A stretch of 64,000 bases of DNA, from NCBI RefSeq assembly GCF_009914755.1, contig NC_060938.1; one strand, written 5' to 3'. Position 1 is the first letter of the stretch. Each line of letters begins with the position of its first letter. Positions 32,978 to 50,935 of this stretch are shown here, piece by piece. A program made the translations under genes and the position numbers. The notes under the pieces were generated by a model. The model had not been told where the DNA came from and did not search any database. It saw nothing but the letters and a program-made list of their open reading frames with translations. Source of the stretch: the human T2T-CHM13v2.0 reference genome, Homo sapiens.

Positions 32978-33692
32978 GATGTGTTATTTGATGATAAAGA
33001 ATATAGTTGGTCTTCTTCCCGGTTCTTGGCACAGAGCTTCAAAACCCTTGTAATTTCCTGAGAGATGAAAATCTTTGTTATGCTAAAGAGGTGGCTCAGG
33101 GTGGACCCCTAGATCACTTTAGGCAGGTGCTGGTCACCAGAAAGACCACCCACAGGATTAGAGGTTGGTACTTTTGGCCAATAGACTTCCAGGAAGGAGA
33201 GAGGGGGCTGGAGATTGAGTTTAGTCATGTGGCCAGTGTTCACTCAAGCAAGCCTAGGCAATGAAACCCCAGTAAATACTCTGCACACTGAGGCTCTGCA
33301 GAACTCCCTGGTTGGTGAACACATTGAGATGCCAGAGGCTGGCGATCCCTGATTCCATGGGAAGAGAACATGGAAGCTCTGTGCTCCCTCCCAGACCTTG
33401 CCCTCTGTCACTGTTCGTGTGCCTGTTCCCGAGCTGTATCTTTGTAATAAAGCTGTGATTTTATAAGCACAGTATCGTGCTTTCAGTGAGCTTTGAGTCA
33501 TTCCAGCAAATTATCAAAACTGGGGAAGCAGTGGGGATGCTCAAATTTGTAGCTGGCTGGTCAGAAGTGCAGGTGGTCTGGGTGCCCAACTTGCAGCTGG
33601 TACTGAAACAGAGGCAGTTTTGTGGAGGACTGAGCCCGAAAACTAAAGTCTGCTGCCAACCCTAGGGGGGTTAGTGTCAGAACTGAATTGCG
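32978..33692 (+). mobile_element. MER21-family LTR (MER21B/C-like)
   Basis: Characteristic ggcacagagcttcaaaacccttg..ctggtcaccagaaagacc..gtgtcagaactgaattg. Boundaries approximate. Confidence 0.75.
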
Positions 33693-34170
33693 GTTACTCC
33701 TGTTGGTATTCCTCCAGGTGGGATGGAAATGGAGCACATGTACACAGCAGCATACTCGCATTTGAATTTCAGAGATGAGGTGTGTGTGCTCCAATGTGCC
33801 CATGCCCCAAAAGAGGGGCTTGTCTGTGAGCTAAGTCCAAGCCCCTCCTGCTTTCTGACCTGTGTCTAACAACCCTGATTCAGTGCAGCCACTCCCGGCT
33901 GTACCTCTGCTTTCCCAGCAGAGGGTGCTCCAACCCCACAAGTACCCCATCTCCATAGCCTTTCCCAGCTCCCTAAGGCTCAGTTGAGATGCACAGAAGA
34001 AAATAGGACCCCACACTGGCTCAGGGAAATCAAATTCTTATTAGGTGCCCTCAGAAAAGCAGCAATGCAGCCAGCTTCAGTGACACAGATTGCACCAGGG
34101 GAGCCTGGGCCATAGCCTTCAGCCTCCCTGCGACGTCCAGGTTCTGTGGGAGCTGAGCTTATACAATTTA

Positions 34171-34368
<198 letters not shown>

Positions 34369-34371
34369 TCA

Positions 34372-34491
<120 letters not shown>

Positions 34492-35027
34492 TCAAAAAAA
34501 AAGAAAAAAATACAAATTCACAAATACAATGTTAGGGATAGAAAGTGGATGTTTAGAATGAGGGGGAAGAATCACAACAAATGACACATTTTCTTAAAGC
34601 TGACAAGACCATAAGCATCAAATCCCCCCAGGGCCTTGGAAGGGGCCTCACTGCAGTGCAGGTCCCTGCAGCTTGAGTTTTTTTAGCTTCTCAGCAACTC
34701 TGGCCCACCTGCCACATCTAGTAGCTGCAGGAAGGGAAGTCCAGGCAAGCAACCAGACACCTTCTGAATACAACTACAACCTTGCGAGTAGCTTGTCTAT
34801 TTCTCCACGCCTCTCTCTTCTTCCCTGTCCTTGGAGCAGCCAGCTGTGGTCACATAATAAACGTGGGTGAGATGCTATCCCTTCCTTCCCTCTCTGTCAA
34901 ACCCAGGAGGCTGCCACCCACCCCCTCTGATTTTGAGGAGTGTGAGGCAGTTCTTTGGGCTTCTCTCTCCTTGAGTCCTTGCCCCACAGTGGGTCTTCAG
35001 TCTACTAAGTGTTATTTCAAGACTGTA

Positions 35028-35325
35028 GGCCGGGCGTGGTGCCTCATGCTTAGTAATCCCAGCACTTTGGGAGGCCAACGCGGGCGGATCACGTCAGGAG
35101 ATCGAGACCACCATGAAACCTCGTCTCTACTAAAAATACAAAAAATTAGCCGGGCATGGTGGCGGGCGCCTGTAGTCCCAACTACTCGGAGAGGCTGAGG
35201 CAGGAGAATGGCGTGAACCTGGGAGGCAGAGCTTGCAGGGAGCCGAGATCGTGCCACTGCACTCCAGCCTGGGCGACACAGCAAGACTCTGTCTCAAAAA
35301 AAAAAAAAAGAAAAAGAAAAAAAAG
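35028..35325 (+). mobile_element. AluY of the Yd lineage
   Basis: 12-nt left-arm deletion (atcgagaccaccatgaaacc), extra A in actcggagaggctgagg, AluY ggcgtgaacc, TSD aagactgta. Confidence 0.65.
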
Positions 35326-35479
35326 ACTGTAAAACCCACAGCCCCAAAATGCCTTTCCCAAGTGCACTGTGATGCAAGAAATAACCCCTTCTAGAAATTA
35401 GTAGGGAAAAAACAGAAGGCAAATTATCTGGGGTAAAGGGGGAGAATGCACATTTATTTATACCAAAGTGTAAATGACT

Positions 35480-37400
<1,921 letters not shown>

Positions 37401-37924
37401 CAAAAACAGTGGGGGTGGGTGGGCAGTGCGAGGACAGCACAGGTGGGCCCCAAGTGTCTGATTGACAACAAAGGAGGGGGGCAGGCACTAAACTCCGACT
37501 CTCCCAACAGGACCCCACTCTAGTCTTTGGTTGTCACTGTCACACCAGAACTCAAGGACTCTCTGTCTAGCTGGGAGGAAATCAGAGGTAGGAGACACTG
37601 GGCAGAAGTCATCAATCTCATGGTCTCCAAGACTAGGGCAGTTTCTCCTACAACCCCTCCTGCCCACTGGTGTGCCCACATCGCCAGGAAAATGGCTCCA
37701 GCCGTAGCAGTGGGCATCGGTCATGTAGCAATTCCCTTATCAGTGCTGCCTCATAAGCGTCAGGTATAGTGGATGAAACACTGGGCTTAAAGACCTGGTT
37801 CCAGCCCGTGTTCCCCCTTCCCCAGCTCTACAACTCCACACCCTTCACATCTGAGCTCAGTCAGTACCTCCTCCAGGGAAACCTTCCCTAACTTCTCAGT
37901 ATGGCTTAGTGAAGACTCTTAGAT

Positions 37925-38232
37925 CAGTGCTTCTCAGTGGAGGGTGGGCTGGGCACCTTGACTCACACCTGTAATCCTAGCACTTTGGGAGGCCATTGTA
38001 GGAGGATTGCTTGAGGCCAGGAGTTCAAGACCAACCTGATGAGGGTGATTTCACTTCCCTCCCCAGCAGGACATTTGGCAATGTCTGGAAGTGTTTTGGG
38101 CTGTCATAGCTTGGAGGAGAGGTGTAGGGGTGCATCCAGGGGCTAGAGGCCAAGGACGCTGCAAAACTTCCTGCCCTCACAGTAATTTTTTAGGCCAGAA
38201 TGTTGATCATTCTGTGGTTGAGAGCACCTGTT
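37925..38232 (+). mobile_element. MER20 (hAT-Charlie) containing an Alu left-arm fragment (37947-38040)
   Basis: ggacatttggcaatgtctgga..gggctagaggccaaggacgctgc..ggttgagagcacctg. Confidence 0.7.
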
Positions 38233-41200
38233 CTAGATAAAGCAGGGGCAGATAACCTCTTTCCAGCTCCGTGCCATTTCCTCTGTCCTGTTTTCTACTG
38301 ATACAGAACTGAGAATGCAGGCTACTCCATTTCCCAGCCTCCCTTGTAGCTATCCATGCCCATGTGACCTAGCTGAGCCAATTAGATGTAACAGGATGTC
38401 TGATGGGAGCTTCTGGGAAAGCTTTTCCTTCTTGATAAAAGGAACAGGTACAGGAGAGCCTGCCCTTCCACTCTGGTTTTCAATAAGCGGATATAATGCT
38501 CGGTATTGTGGCATCACCAAAAGCATTGAGGATGGCTGAGCAGAAAGATGGGATGAGGCAGTCTCGCTAGGCAACACTGTCCCAATCCCCTCCCTGTCAA
38601 GTGAACCAATAAGCATCCTATGTCACCAAGCAAGGTGGCTCATGCCTGTAATCTCAGCATTTTGGGAGGCTGAAGCAGGAGGATTGCTTGAGCCCAGGAG
38701 TTTGAGACCAGCCTGGGCAACATGACAAAACTCCATCTCTACACGAAGTACAAAAATTGGCTGGGCATGGTGGTGAGCACCTGTAGTCCCAGCTACTCAG
38801 GAGGCTGAAATGGGAGGATTGCTTGAGCCCAGGAGATCAAAGCTGCAATGAGCCGAGATCACGCCACTGCACTCCAGCCTGGGCCAGAGTGAAACTCTGT
38901 CTCAAAAAAACAAACAAACAAACAAACCCACAATCACATCCTATGTCTAGGATGAGTTGATTTCTCTGTTACTTGTAGCCAAAAGCCCCCTAGGACATTC
39001 GGGCCCCTCCATGTGTCCCTGCACACTAGCATCCCTCTGTGATTGTTGTCTGCTGGCATGTTTTCCTCCCCTACTGGCCTGGCAGCCCCTTGAGTCCAGG
39101 GCTGTGCTTCCCCTGGTGGATCTGCCTACTTAGCGTGGGACAGAGGAGAGGCTCAGAGAGGATTCTAATGAATACATTTAAAGGACAGTGAGACCGCTCT
39201 CAGCAGCCCAGCTGTGGGGTTTCCTGAACGCCTCTCTGGCAGACACACCGCCCCAGTAGGCTGGCAGTGCCTGGTGTAAATATGTCTGGGGTGAACACCC
39301 TCAGATGCTTGAGACAACAGAAGTGTTGGCCTGGAGGCTGAGGTTCCAGCAAAACTGTGAAAGCAGATGATCCAGCTGCACCGTGAAAGCCAAGGACTGA
39401 ATTGCTCCATGGAGCAAGATTGGAAGCACGCTACAAATGTAGTTATTTCTTCCAGGAAAGGCCTCCCTATTGAAGCCCTCCCTGCTACCCAGCCCATGCA
39501 GGGCCAGACTCCTCCAGCTGCCCATGACCCCTGCCTTACGGGGCTGGGGAAGTAAGAAGCCACCCAGGAACCAGCTGGCCCAGTGAGGTCTTCCATGGAG
39601 GAGGGACCTTCCCAAAGCCTCAGGAGTGGGGACTCTTGATAGGGGGACGGAGAAGGGGAGACAGGGTGTCCTTCCCCCTTTCCCTAAGCTCCTTCCATGA
39701 AGTCAAGGCCAGTGCTATCTGCTTTCCAGCCTAGACTGGGTGCAGGGCTCTATCTGGGTCTGTTCCCAGGACCTTCACCAGCCTTCCAGAAGTTTGTCAA
39801 GAGAGACCTCGGGTGACAGTGAGGTAGTGTGCGCAGTGGTTTAGCGCACAGGCTCAGGATCAAGCTGACCTGTGTTGGGATCCTGACCCAATGGTCTCCT
39901 TTCTTCCCGTATTACCTATGGAGGTCCTATTATGTGCCAGGCACTGTGCGTAGCACCAGAGTCACGATGTTGAACATCGCATTGGCCAGACATAAATGCA
40001 CATGGCAGCTCTGCTCAGTGACACAGAGCTTAGAGCCTTAATCAGGGAGGTGCACATTACACAAGTAGCCCCCATACATTCCCACTGTGACGACCCCCAC
40101 ATGTGGGCGACATAGTGGCTCTGTGGGCTGGAAGCAGTGGCTCGATTATCTGAATCTCGTTATTATAATAAGAGGACCCCTCTCCTTGGCTTTTGTGAGG
40201 ATAGGTGCAGGAGGTGCCCCGAGACCACTTTGCCCCTCACCAGGCCCTGACTAAGTGCTCCCTGGTAGGAGGGGTGGTGGGTCTTATGGTCCCTGAAGCT
40301 GGTGGCAGACCTGGAAGCCTGGACCATTGGCTGCATCCTGCGGGGCCTGCCAGGGCAGAGTGGTCATTCCACCTTCCCCAGGGCCTGGCCTTTCTCTGCT
40401 ATTGGAGAGATCATTTCCAGACCCTGTGGATGGCCTGCCTGCTTCTGCTTCCCCTGACTTCAGCCCAGCTGGGGCTGCCAGAGTCAAGCAAATCCTGGAT
40501 CCCAATCCAAAGCCCTGGCCTCTCCCTCGTTCAGGGAACTGAACAGCCCAAGGGTGGCCATCCTGCCTGGTTGCTGGTGGAGCCAGCTGCTATGCATCGG
40601 CTGCAAAGAACAAAGTGCCCCAGCTGTGGCTGCAGGGAGGCCTGGCCTGGAACTGGCAAAGTGCCCCCAAAATCCGCTGGCTCCCTCCCCTCAGGAACGC
40701 TGGCGCTAATGGGTAACAGAAGGCCAAGGCAGGGACTTCTCCCTGGCCCACCAGGAACACTGAGACTAACAGATCCTGGGCAACGCAGGGGAAGCCCTGG
40801 ACTCAGCCACCACCATCAGCCCTCCCTTGGCCAACTGGGATGGGTGGGACTGCATGGGATCGGGAGGCCCCAGTCCTCCCCGTTGCCTCAGTTTCCCCGG
40901 GAAGAAGGTCGAGATGGAGCATTAGACACTTCCACTGAGGAGACTGTGAGAAGCGAAGGAGAGGGTAGGGTGGAGGTCCGCTCAGACTTGCCTTCCAGCC
41001 AAGGTCTCCACCGCATCTATGGTCCAGGAGAGAGACGGCGAGGCCGAGGAGGGCCTAGGGCTTTCCGGGGGCAGGGCCAGTTTTGTGGGTGTTCAACCTG
41101 TGTGGTCACACGAGGCTCCGCACATGGAAGGATCGGCCACTTGGCTTCATGCTCTGTTGTCTCCGTCTTGAAATTCTTAACAATTTTTTAACAAATGGCC

Positions 41201-41707
41201 CACACATTATCTAGCAGACCCCATCTAGGGTGAGGACATTTATACACAAAGGGCCTTCCTGTCTGGGAAACAGAATCGGAGGGTGTTGGAACAGACAACC
41301 CATCCTTCTGCCCCGCCCCAACCCCCACCTCTCCACAGCTGGAAGGAGAAAGATGAAGAACCCAGCAGGGCCTCCTTTCGAGGTTGGCCAGGTGGCACGT
41401 GGGTTTCCGGAAGAGAGGAGAGAGAGGAAACAGCCCTGACCTCCACAGGCTGCAGGTGGGGTCAGGAAGAAAGAAGGGCAGGGGCCAGGGGAAGATAGGC
41501 CCCTCCCTGCCAAGGCCCTCCATGGGTGGTGGGCAAGCAGGTGAGCCACTTCAGCTAGAACTCGCTGTTGGAGGAGGCTGCAGGTCTGAGGTGGGCACAA
41601 GGGGAGTGTGAGGCGGAGGGTGGCGGTGGTGAGGCCTGGAGCCAGGATAAAGCTCTTCAGGGCCTCCGCCAGCAGGGCCAGCCCAGGCCCGCTCTGACCT
41701 CTGGTCT

Positions 41708-42259
41708 TATTACAGAAAAGGGGTCCCGATGCAGACCCCAAGAGAGAGTTCTTGGATCTCGCGCAAGAAAGAATTCAGGGGGACTCCGCAGTGCAAAGCA
41801 AAAGCAAGTTGATTAAGAAAGTAAAGGAATAAAGAATGGCCACCCCATAGACAGAGCAGCCCTGAGGGCTGCTGATTGCCCATTTTTATGGTTATTTCTT
41901 GATAATATGCTAAACAGAAGGTGGATTATTCATGCCTCCCCTTTTTAGACCATATAGGGTAACTTTCTGACGTTGCCATGGCATTTGTACACTGTCATGG
42001 AGCTGGTGGGAGTGTAGCAGTGAGGACGACCAGAAGTCACTCTTGTCGCCATTTTAGTTTTGGTGGGTTTTGGCCGGCGTCTTTACTGCAAACTGTTTTA
42101 TCAGCAAGGTCTTTATGACCTGTATCTTGTGCTGACCTCCTATCTCATCCTGTGACTTAGAATTCCTAACCGTCTGGGAATGCAGCCTAGTAGGCCTCAG
42201 CCTCATTTTACCCAGCTCCTATTCAATATGGAGTTGCTCTGGTTCACACCCCTTTGACA
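41708..42259 (-). mobile_element. MER41A solo LTR (ERV1)
   Basis: ~550 bp matching the MER41 consensus (TGTCA..AACCAGAGCAACTCCAT..GCATTCCCAGACGG..GGGACCCCTTTTCTGTAATA) with a 4-bp TSD GTCT on both sides. Confidence 0.88.
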
Positions 42260-44040
42260 GTCTCAGCCAGTAGGCAATTCAGAAACTCCCCCAGCAGGCA
42301 GCCGGCCGGGTGCCTTGCTCCTCCAGCATGGGCCCAGCTGACTCCTGGTTTCCACCTCCTGGATGCGGCCGGCTGCTCTTGTGGCTCTCCTGTCCCTCAC
42401 AGTTGGGCCAGGGTCAAGCAGTGCTGGGACATAAGCTGGCAGGAGGGGAGTGGGCCCCGGGTCCCAGACCAGGGCTGGAGAGGATCTGGGCTCCACAGAA
42501 GAGGGTGGGAAGGGAACCCCACCCTGTGTAGGAGGCAGGGAGAGTGGAGATGCAGCCCAGGGGATCTGCCTGAGGCCCAGCCCAGACACTGGCCCGACTC
42601 TCGGAAGCCAGACCACCCCGTCTGCCTTCCCTGGCAGAGCCGGACCAGGCTGGAGCCACAGTCCCTGGGCAGGGCACACTCAACATCCGCACCCTGGTTC
42701 CCTGAGGCTGAGGGCTGGACCAGCCAGACGCCTTCCTTTGCACCTCCAGGACCCAGGCTGCGAATCCCTTCCATTCAAACGCCCATGTTCCCGGGAGGCC
42801 GGGAGAGGGTGGGCTCAGGTCAGAATTTCATTCCTCACACTCGTCAGAGGTTTGTGAAAAGCCAGCCCAGAGGAAAGCCCAGAGGGCAGGGCGGGGGAGG
42901 AGACTGAAGGGACCGGCTGCGGGAGACAGGAAGGGTGGACCAACCCAGCACTTCCACACTGGGCCTGGGCAGGCCTCATCCCCAGCCCCACCTCTGCCTT
43001 CTCCTTCCCATTCCCAGCTCAGGCTCCTGGGCCCCTGGCACTTCCACAGCCCCTCCTGGTTTCCGGAGGTTTGCCGAGGCTGCTGCTCTGTCGCTGCCGT
43101 CCTTTCACGTATCCTCTCATTTTCACAGACAGGGAAACTGAGGCCCGAAATGTCAGTTGAGGCCAACAGCTAAGTGACAGGGCAACAACCCAAATGCCCA
43201 AGCCTTCTGCTGCCAGCTTCCCAGAGCCCTCTGGGCTGGGTGGCAGTGGCACAGAGCGATGTGGAGCTCTGGAGGCAGATCCCGGCTCTGCCACTCCCTG
43301 GCCTCAGGACCCCGGGCAACTCAGGGCAGCTTTCTCACCTGTAAAGGAGGAACTCATGGCCCCCTCCCAGGGTGACTGAGAACACAGGCTTCCGTAAGGA
43401 TGAGGAGGGGCCGGGCACTCCTGGGTCATAGGAAGTGCTCAGCCAGTGGATACCACCCCTTCCACGGCAGAGACTGCCCATGCCTAACACATTTCCACTG
43501 CCATTGGCAATCCCAGGCTCGTTTCTCAGACTCAGGTATTTTCAGGCTAGAAAGGACCTGGAAACGTGTCCTTGGAAGAGCTCTGGACCCGTGTTTTTCC
43601 CTAAGCAGCTGGTCCAGCCACCGCAGACACAGATGACAGGTGTGCTGACTCAGTAGGACCCAATTCCAATTGCCTTCCATTGTTGAAAGAATCTAAAAGA
43701 ACCTTGACTCCCCTCCAGGTCTACCCAATCTACAAACACTGCAGAGCACAAATGAATGAAGATTCATTGTCTCCTTTAAGAACCAGAGGGGTCCCCCTTC
43801 CCGTGCAGCAGGAAAAGCTCACACAGAATGAAAGCTATTAGGTTGGCAAATTTCTCCTTCCTCCTGGGGGTGAATTCAATTTCAGACCTGCCTAGGGATG
43901 GGGGATGGTGTCTTTCTTGTCCACCCACTCCACCTCCCCACCCATCTTGGGGAGAGAGGACGTGCCACTACTGAGCCCGGGCGTGATGTGTGGACTCTCC
44001 AGGTGACAGGGATTTTTTTTTTTTAGAGAGAAAATGCTCT

Positions 44041-44583
<543 letters not shown>

Positions 44584-44782
44584 TCAACAGAAGCAATGAA
44601 CTTTAGTGAACATCATGTTTACATGTGTTTTATGCAAAGCACCACGCTTGGTGGTACCATGGGGAACAAAGAGATAGCTAAGATAAAGTCCTTGCCCTTA
44701 AGGGTCTCTTAATATATTTTAGGTCACAGACACTTTTGAGAATCTTTGGAAAGCTATGAACTTGCCCCAGAAAAATGCAATG

Positions 44783-44786
<4 letters not shown>

Positions 44787-44815
<29 letters not shown>
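44787..44815 (+). repeat. (CA)n microsatellite
   Basis: Visible directly. Confidence 0.95.
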
Positions 44816-44818
<3 letters not shown>

Positions 44819-45360
44819 CAGTTCTGTATCCATTTCAGAAGGTTTGCTGGCCCTCTGCAGCCAATCCGCAGACCTTCATAGACCCAGGATTAGGAAACCT
44901 TCCTTAAAGACGCGCACAATTATCTCTAGAAGAACAATCGATAGGCAATTTCAACAGAACACAGAAATGAAGCCAGGCTATGACAATGAGCCACCAACTG
45001 CTCTGGGATTGCAGCAGATGACATCAAGAATCGACATTGTGAATCTCCATCACGATCAGGGAGCCACAACCAGCTGGCCCTGGAGGACCGGCACCGTGAA
45101 GGGAAAGGGCCCAGAGCCTGAAGGCAGCACAGTCAAGCATCTGGGATCCACTCCAAGCCGAGAGAAGCAGGAAGTAACAGATCCCGAAGGCTCTAACAGA
45201 ATTCTAAAGAATTCCAAATTATAGCTGCAAAGAAAGATACTTCTATCTGGATGTCCCTAGGAAGAAGATTGGAAAGCTCATTAGAACACAGGTTAATGTG
45301 TTAACTTTAACACAACCTCCTTTTCCTGAAATTCTTATGCACACTAAAGTTTATGTGCAT

Positions 45361-45506
45361 AAACTGAGACCCTTAGTAGACAATGTATCCAAGGTTACAC
45401 TGCCTGTTGGTGATAGGACTCGAACCCACAACCCCTAATTTCCCCCAAAATGGTCTTTCCTCAACACTGAGGCAATGGGTCTCCCAGAGATGATATTCAC
45501 AAATTA
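45361..45506 (+). repeat. 146-bp dispersed direct copy of 46592-46737, flanked by a 24-bp direct repeat
   Basis: Manual alignment ~90% identical. Flanks ATGCACACTAA(A/C)GTTTATGTGCAT at 45337 and 45507. Confidence 0.93.
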
Positions 45507-47270
45507 ATGCACACTAACGTTTATGTGCATGAGAATATCAGGGAAAGGAGGGAGTGTTCAAAGTGCAGACATATGCCCTTCCCCTCTCACTCTAGGGACA
45601 CAAGAATCTGCCTTTTATAGCATCCCATGTAACGCAGCTAATCCACAGACCACATGTATGTGGCCTCTGAGTGAGGGGGAGCTCTCATGTTCAAGAAGAT
45701 TCATCTTTGGGGGCTTCCTTTCTGGGTGAAAATCACAGAGCTACTAGCCTGATAGAGCACAGATATAATCATGCCACCTCTCCCTGGAAGACAGCACATC
45801 ATCTCTAAGCCTGCAGGACTTGGGGCTCCTGATGGGAAGGTGAGGGCAGGAGGACTGAGCTTGTCCTTCACTCAGGGAACAGGGTAGAAGCCAGAAGTTC
45901 CCTCTCTGCCAGCACCCTAGAAGACCCCTACTCATTTCCCAGCGCTGGGGGAGGGGCTGCTTCCTACCCCTCAAACCTTTTCCCCGCTAGCTGCGACAGA
46001 TGCCAGCTCCACCACGTTGGTCATGCCCACTCCGGCCCCACCCTCATCTACGCTTGGACTTTGGGAACATCTAGTACCTGTGCTCACTGGGGGCCTCCCA
46101 AGCTGAGGACTGGCAGGGCTGAACCTGGGACTGGGGTTGGGAAGAGGAAGGTAGACAAGGAGGAGCAGGGAGCAGTTCAGAGCCAGAAGCGGTTCTGCAC
46201 AGCTCTGCACAGCTCGGCGGGAAGAGCTGGCTCGAACAGGGCTCTGGCTAGGTAGACAGAGGGTCTGAGTCTATGCAGCTGTGAACAGTCCAGGATTGAA
46301 GGGGGAAGGGACACAGAAGGGAGGAGAGCACAAGCTCCAGGCCCCATGGCTCAGAGACTATCAGGCATTTGCCCTGGGCCAGCCTGAAGGTATAGGGGAC
46401 AGCAGGTTTTGTTGCACTTGGAAACGAAGCTCAGTAGCAAGGAAACATGGGAATATACACATGTACACTCATGTACGCACATAGGTACACACACAGGTAC
46501 ACACCTGTTTGGAGGATGAGGATGGAATCACAGGATTCTGTCAAAAACTTCAGAGCTCACCTGGCCCAGCGCCCTCATTCTATAGGTAAAGAAACTCAGA
46601 CCCATAAAGGACAATGTATCCAATGTTACACCGCCTGTTGGTGATAGGACTCGAACCCAGAGCCCCTAATTGCCCCCAAAATGGTCTTTCCTCAACACTG
46701 AGGCAATGGGTCTGGCCAGAGGTGATATTCACAAATTTTAACAACCTGCACAGCAACACAGCCCCAGCAATCAGAATGGACATTCCAACTGCGTTAGGAT
46801 CCCGGAGGTCCGCTGAGATGCTCTTTTACTTGCTGGATTCAGAAGAAGTCTTGGGGTCCCAAGGAAAGCAGGCTAGGATGATGAAAGAGTATTCAAGGGG
46901 CTCAGGGATGGCTGTTTGCTAACTAGAATGAAAGTATTTCAATACATTAACAACACTGTATTGGTTGGCTGTCAGCCCTAGAGCCAGGAATCTCCTCGCC
47001 AGGGGAGCCGAAGGAAAGAGACCCATCCTTCTCCTTTATTATTATTATTATTTTTTTATTTTTTATTTTTGAGACGGAGTCTCTCTCTGTCACCCAGGCT
47101 GCAGTGGTGCAATCTTGGCTCACTGCAAGCTCTGCCTCCCGGGTTCACGCCATTCTCTTGCCCTGTGTGCTAAGCAAAAGAGTTAGGACTTAATCTTGAA
47201 AGTCATGGGTAGCCACAGAAGGATTCTAGAAGGAAAATTATTTGATCAGGTTTTCATTTTCTCTTTTTCT

Positions 47271-47310
<40 letters not shown>

Positions 47311-47420
47311 AGCTCACTGTAACCCAGAATTCCTGGGCTCAATTGATCTTCCCACCTCAGCCTCCCGAGTAGCTGGGACCACAGGCACCTTGCTAACAGA
47401 TTTTTATTTTAGAAAGATTA

Positions 47421-47705
<285 letters not shown>

Positions 47706-47786
47706 TCAAAAAAAAAAAAAAAAAGAAAAAGAAAAAGAAAAAGAAAGATTACTTTGGCAGTGATATGAAGGGTAATTTGGAAAGTG

Positions 47787-48807
<1,021 letters not shown>

Positions 48808-49568
48808 TTAACTAGCCCATAGGCAGAGAGACCAGTTAGATTACAGGAGTGTACCAGGAGAGAAATGTAATGGTCTGAACCAAGACAGGAGCACTGGAAT
48901 GGAGAGGAGGGGCATCTTGAAAAGTTGTTACTAGAGAGATGGCTTATGGGGTGCAGGGAACTGTGATAGGCCAGGGCCAATTGGCAGGAGCAGCCTTTGG
49001 AGCACACGCCCTTGGAGGCAATACCCCAGACATCCAAGGTCAGTCTGAACTGCCTCCACCTGCAGACAGAAGGGTGGTGGGCAATGCTTGACCAACAGGC
49101 CCCCGAAAATCTTGGATTATGGTAGGTTTCTGCAGCAGCTTGGGGGTGGAGCCAGCACTAATCAGACTGGAACTTCCTGGACCCCAGTGGTGAGAGCCTC
49201 CAGAATAAGATTAGGATGAAAACAGCTCCCCCCTAAACCACACAGAACACAGGAACTGCTGGTAGACAATCATAACGGCAAAGCAACACATTCTGAGTCA
49301 ATATGTCAATGACAATAGCTTCACCAAACATTCTGGATGTGGCAAGTATCTGTGTTCACTCACTCAACAAAGATTTGCTGAATGTCACCATGTCCCAGGC
49401 ATTCTGCCAAGCCCTGAAGAGAAAACCTAAGATTTTTTTTCTAATTTTATTTATTTATTTTTTAGTTATTTTTATTTTTATTTTAATGGAGACAGGGATC
49501 TTGCTAATGTTGACCACTCTGGTCTCAAACTCTTGGCCTCAAGCAATCCTCCTACCTCAGACTCCTAA

Positions 49569-49947
<379 letters not shown>

Positions 49948-49998
49948 TAGTAGAGATGGGGTTTTACCATGTTGGCCAGGTTGGTCTTGAACTCCTGA

Positions 49999-50199
<201 letters not shown>

Positions 50200-50653
50200 T
50201 AAAATAAAATCAGACTGCTCAACAGTGATGCTGAAAGCTAGAAGACAATGGAACAATACTTTGAAAGTTCTGAAAGAAAATTATGTCTAACCTGCAATTT
50301 TATATCCAGCCAAACTATCAATCAGCATGTGAGGAGAGTAAAAACATGCAAGGCTTCAAAATTTTTACTTCTAATGCACCCTTCCCCAGGAAGATATGAA
50401 AGACTTGTTCCACCAAAGAGAGAGAGAAAGAAGTCTCAGGGTAATGGAAAAGAAACAACTCTAAGATGCCAGCCAAGTCAACAAGTTCAATTTGAAGCAA
50501 GAAAGTCTTCAGGAGGGAGGTCTTTAAGAAAGAGAACAAAAACTCTTGTGCCAGGTGCAGTGGTTTACACCCGTAATCCCAGCAGTTTGGGAGGCCAAAG
50601 CAGGTGGATCACCTGAGGTCAGAAGTTTGAGATCAGCCTGGCCAACATGGTGA

Positions 50654-50935
<282 letters not shown>

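Noticed and set aside
40205-41191. 328-aa ORF on the + strand
   Set aside because: GTG start, P/G/R-rich composition expected from GC-rich DNA, no recognisable domain or exon structure. Likely a chance ORF.
41708-42259. Possible interferon-gamma-inducible STAT1 enhancer, as described for MER41B
   Set aside because: This copy reads AAAAGGGGAGGCATGAATAATCC on the minus strand, so it lacks the segment that carries the tandem GAS motifs (MER41A type).
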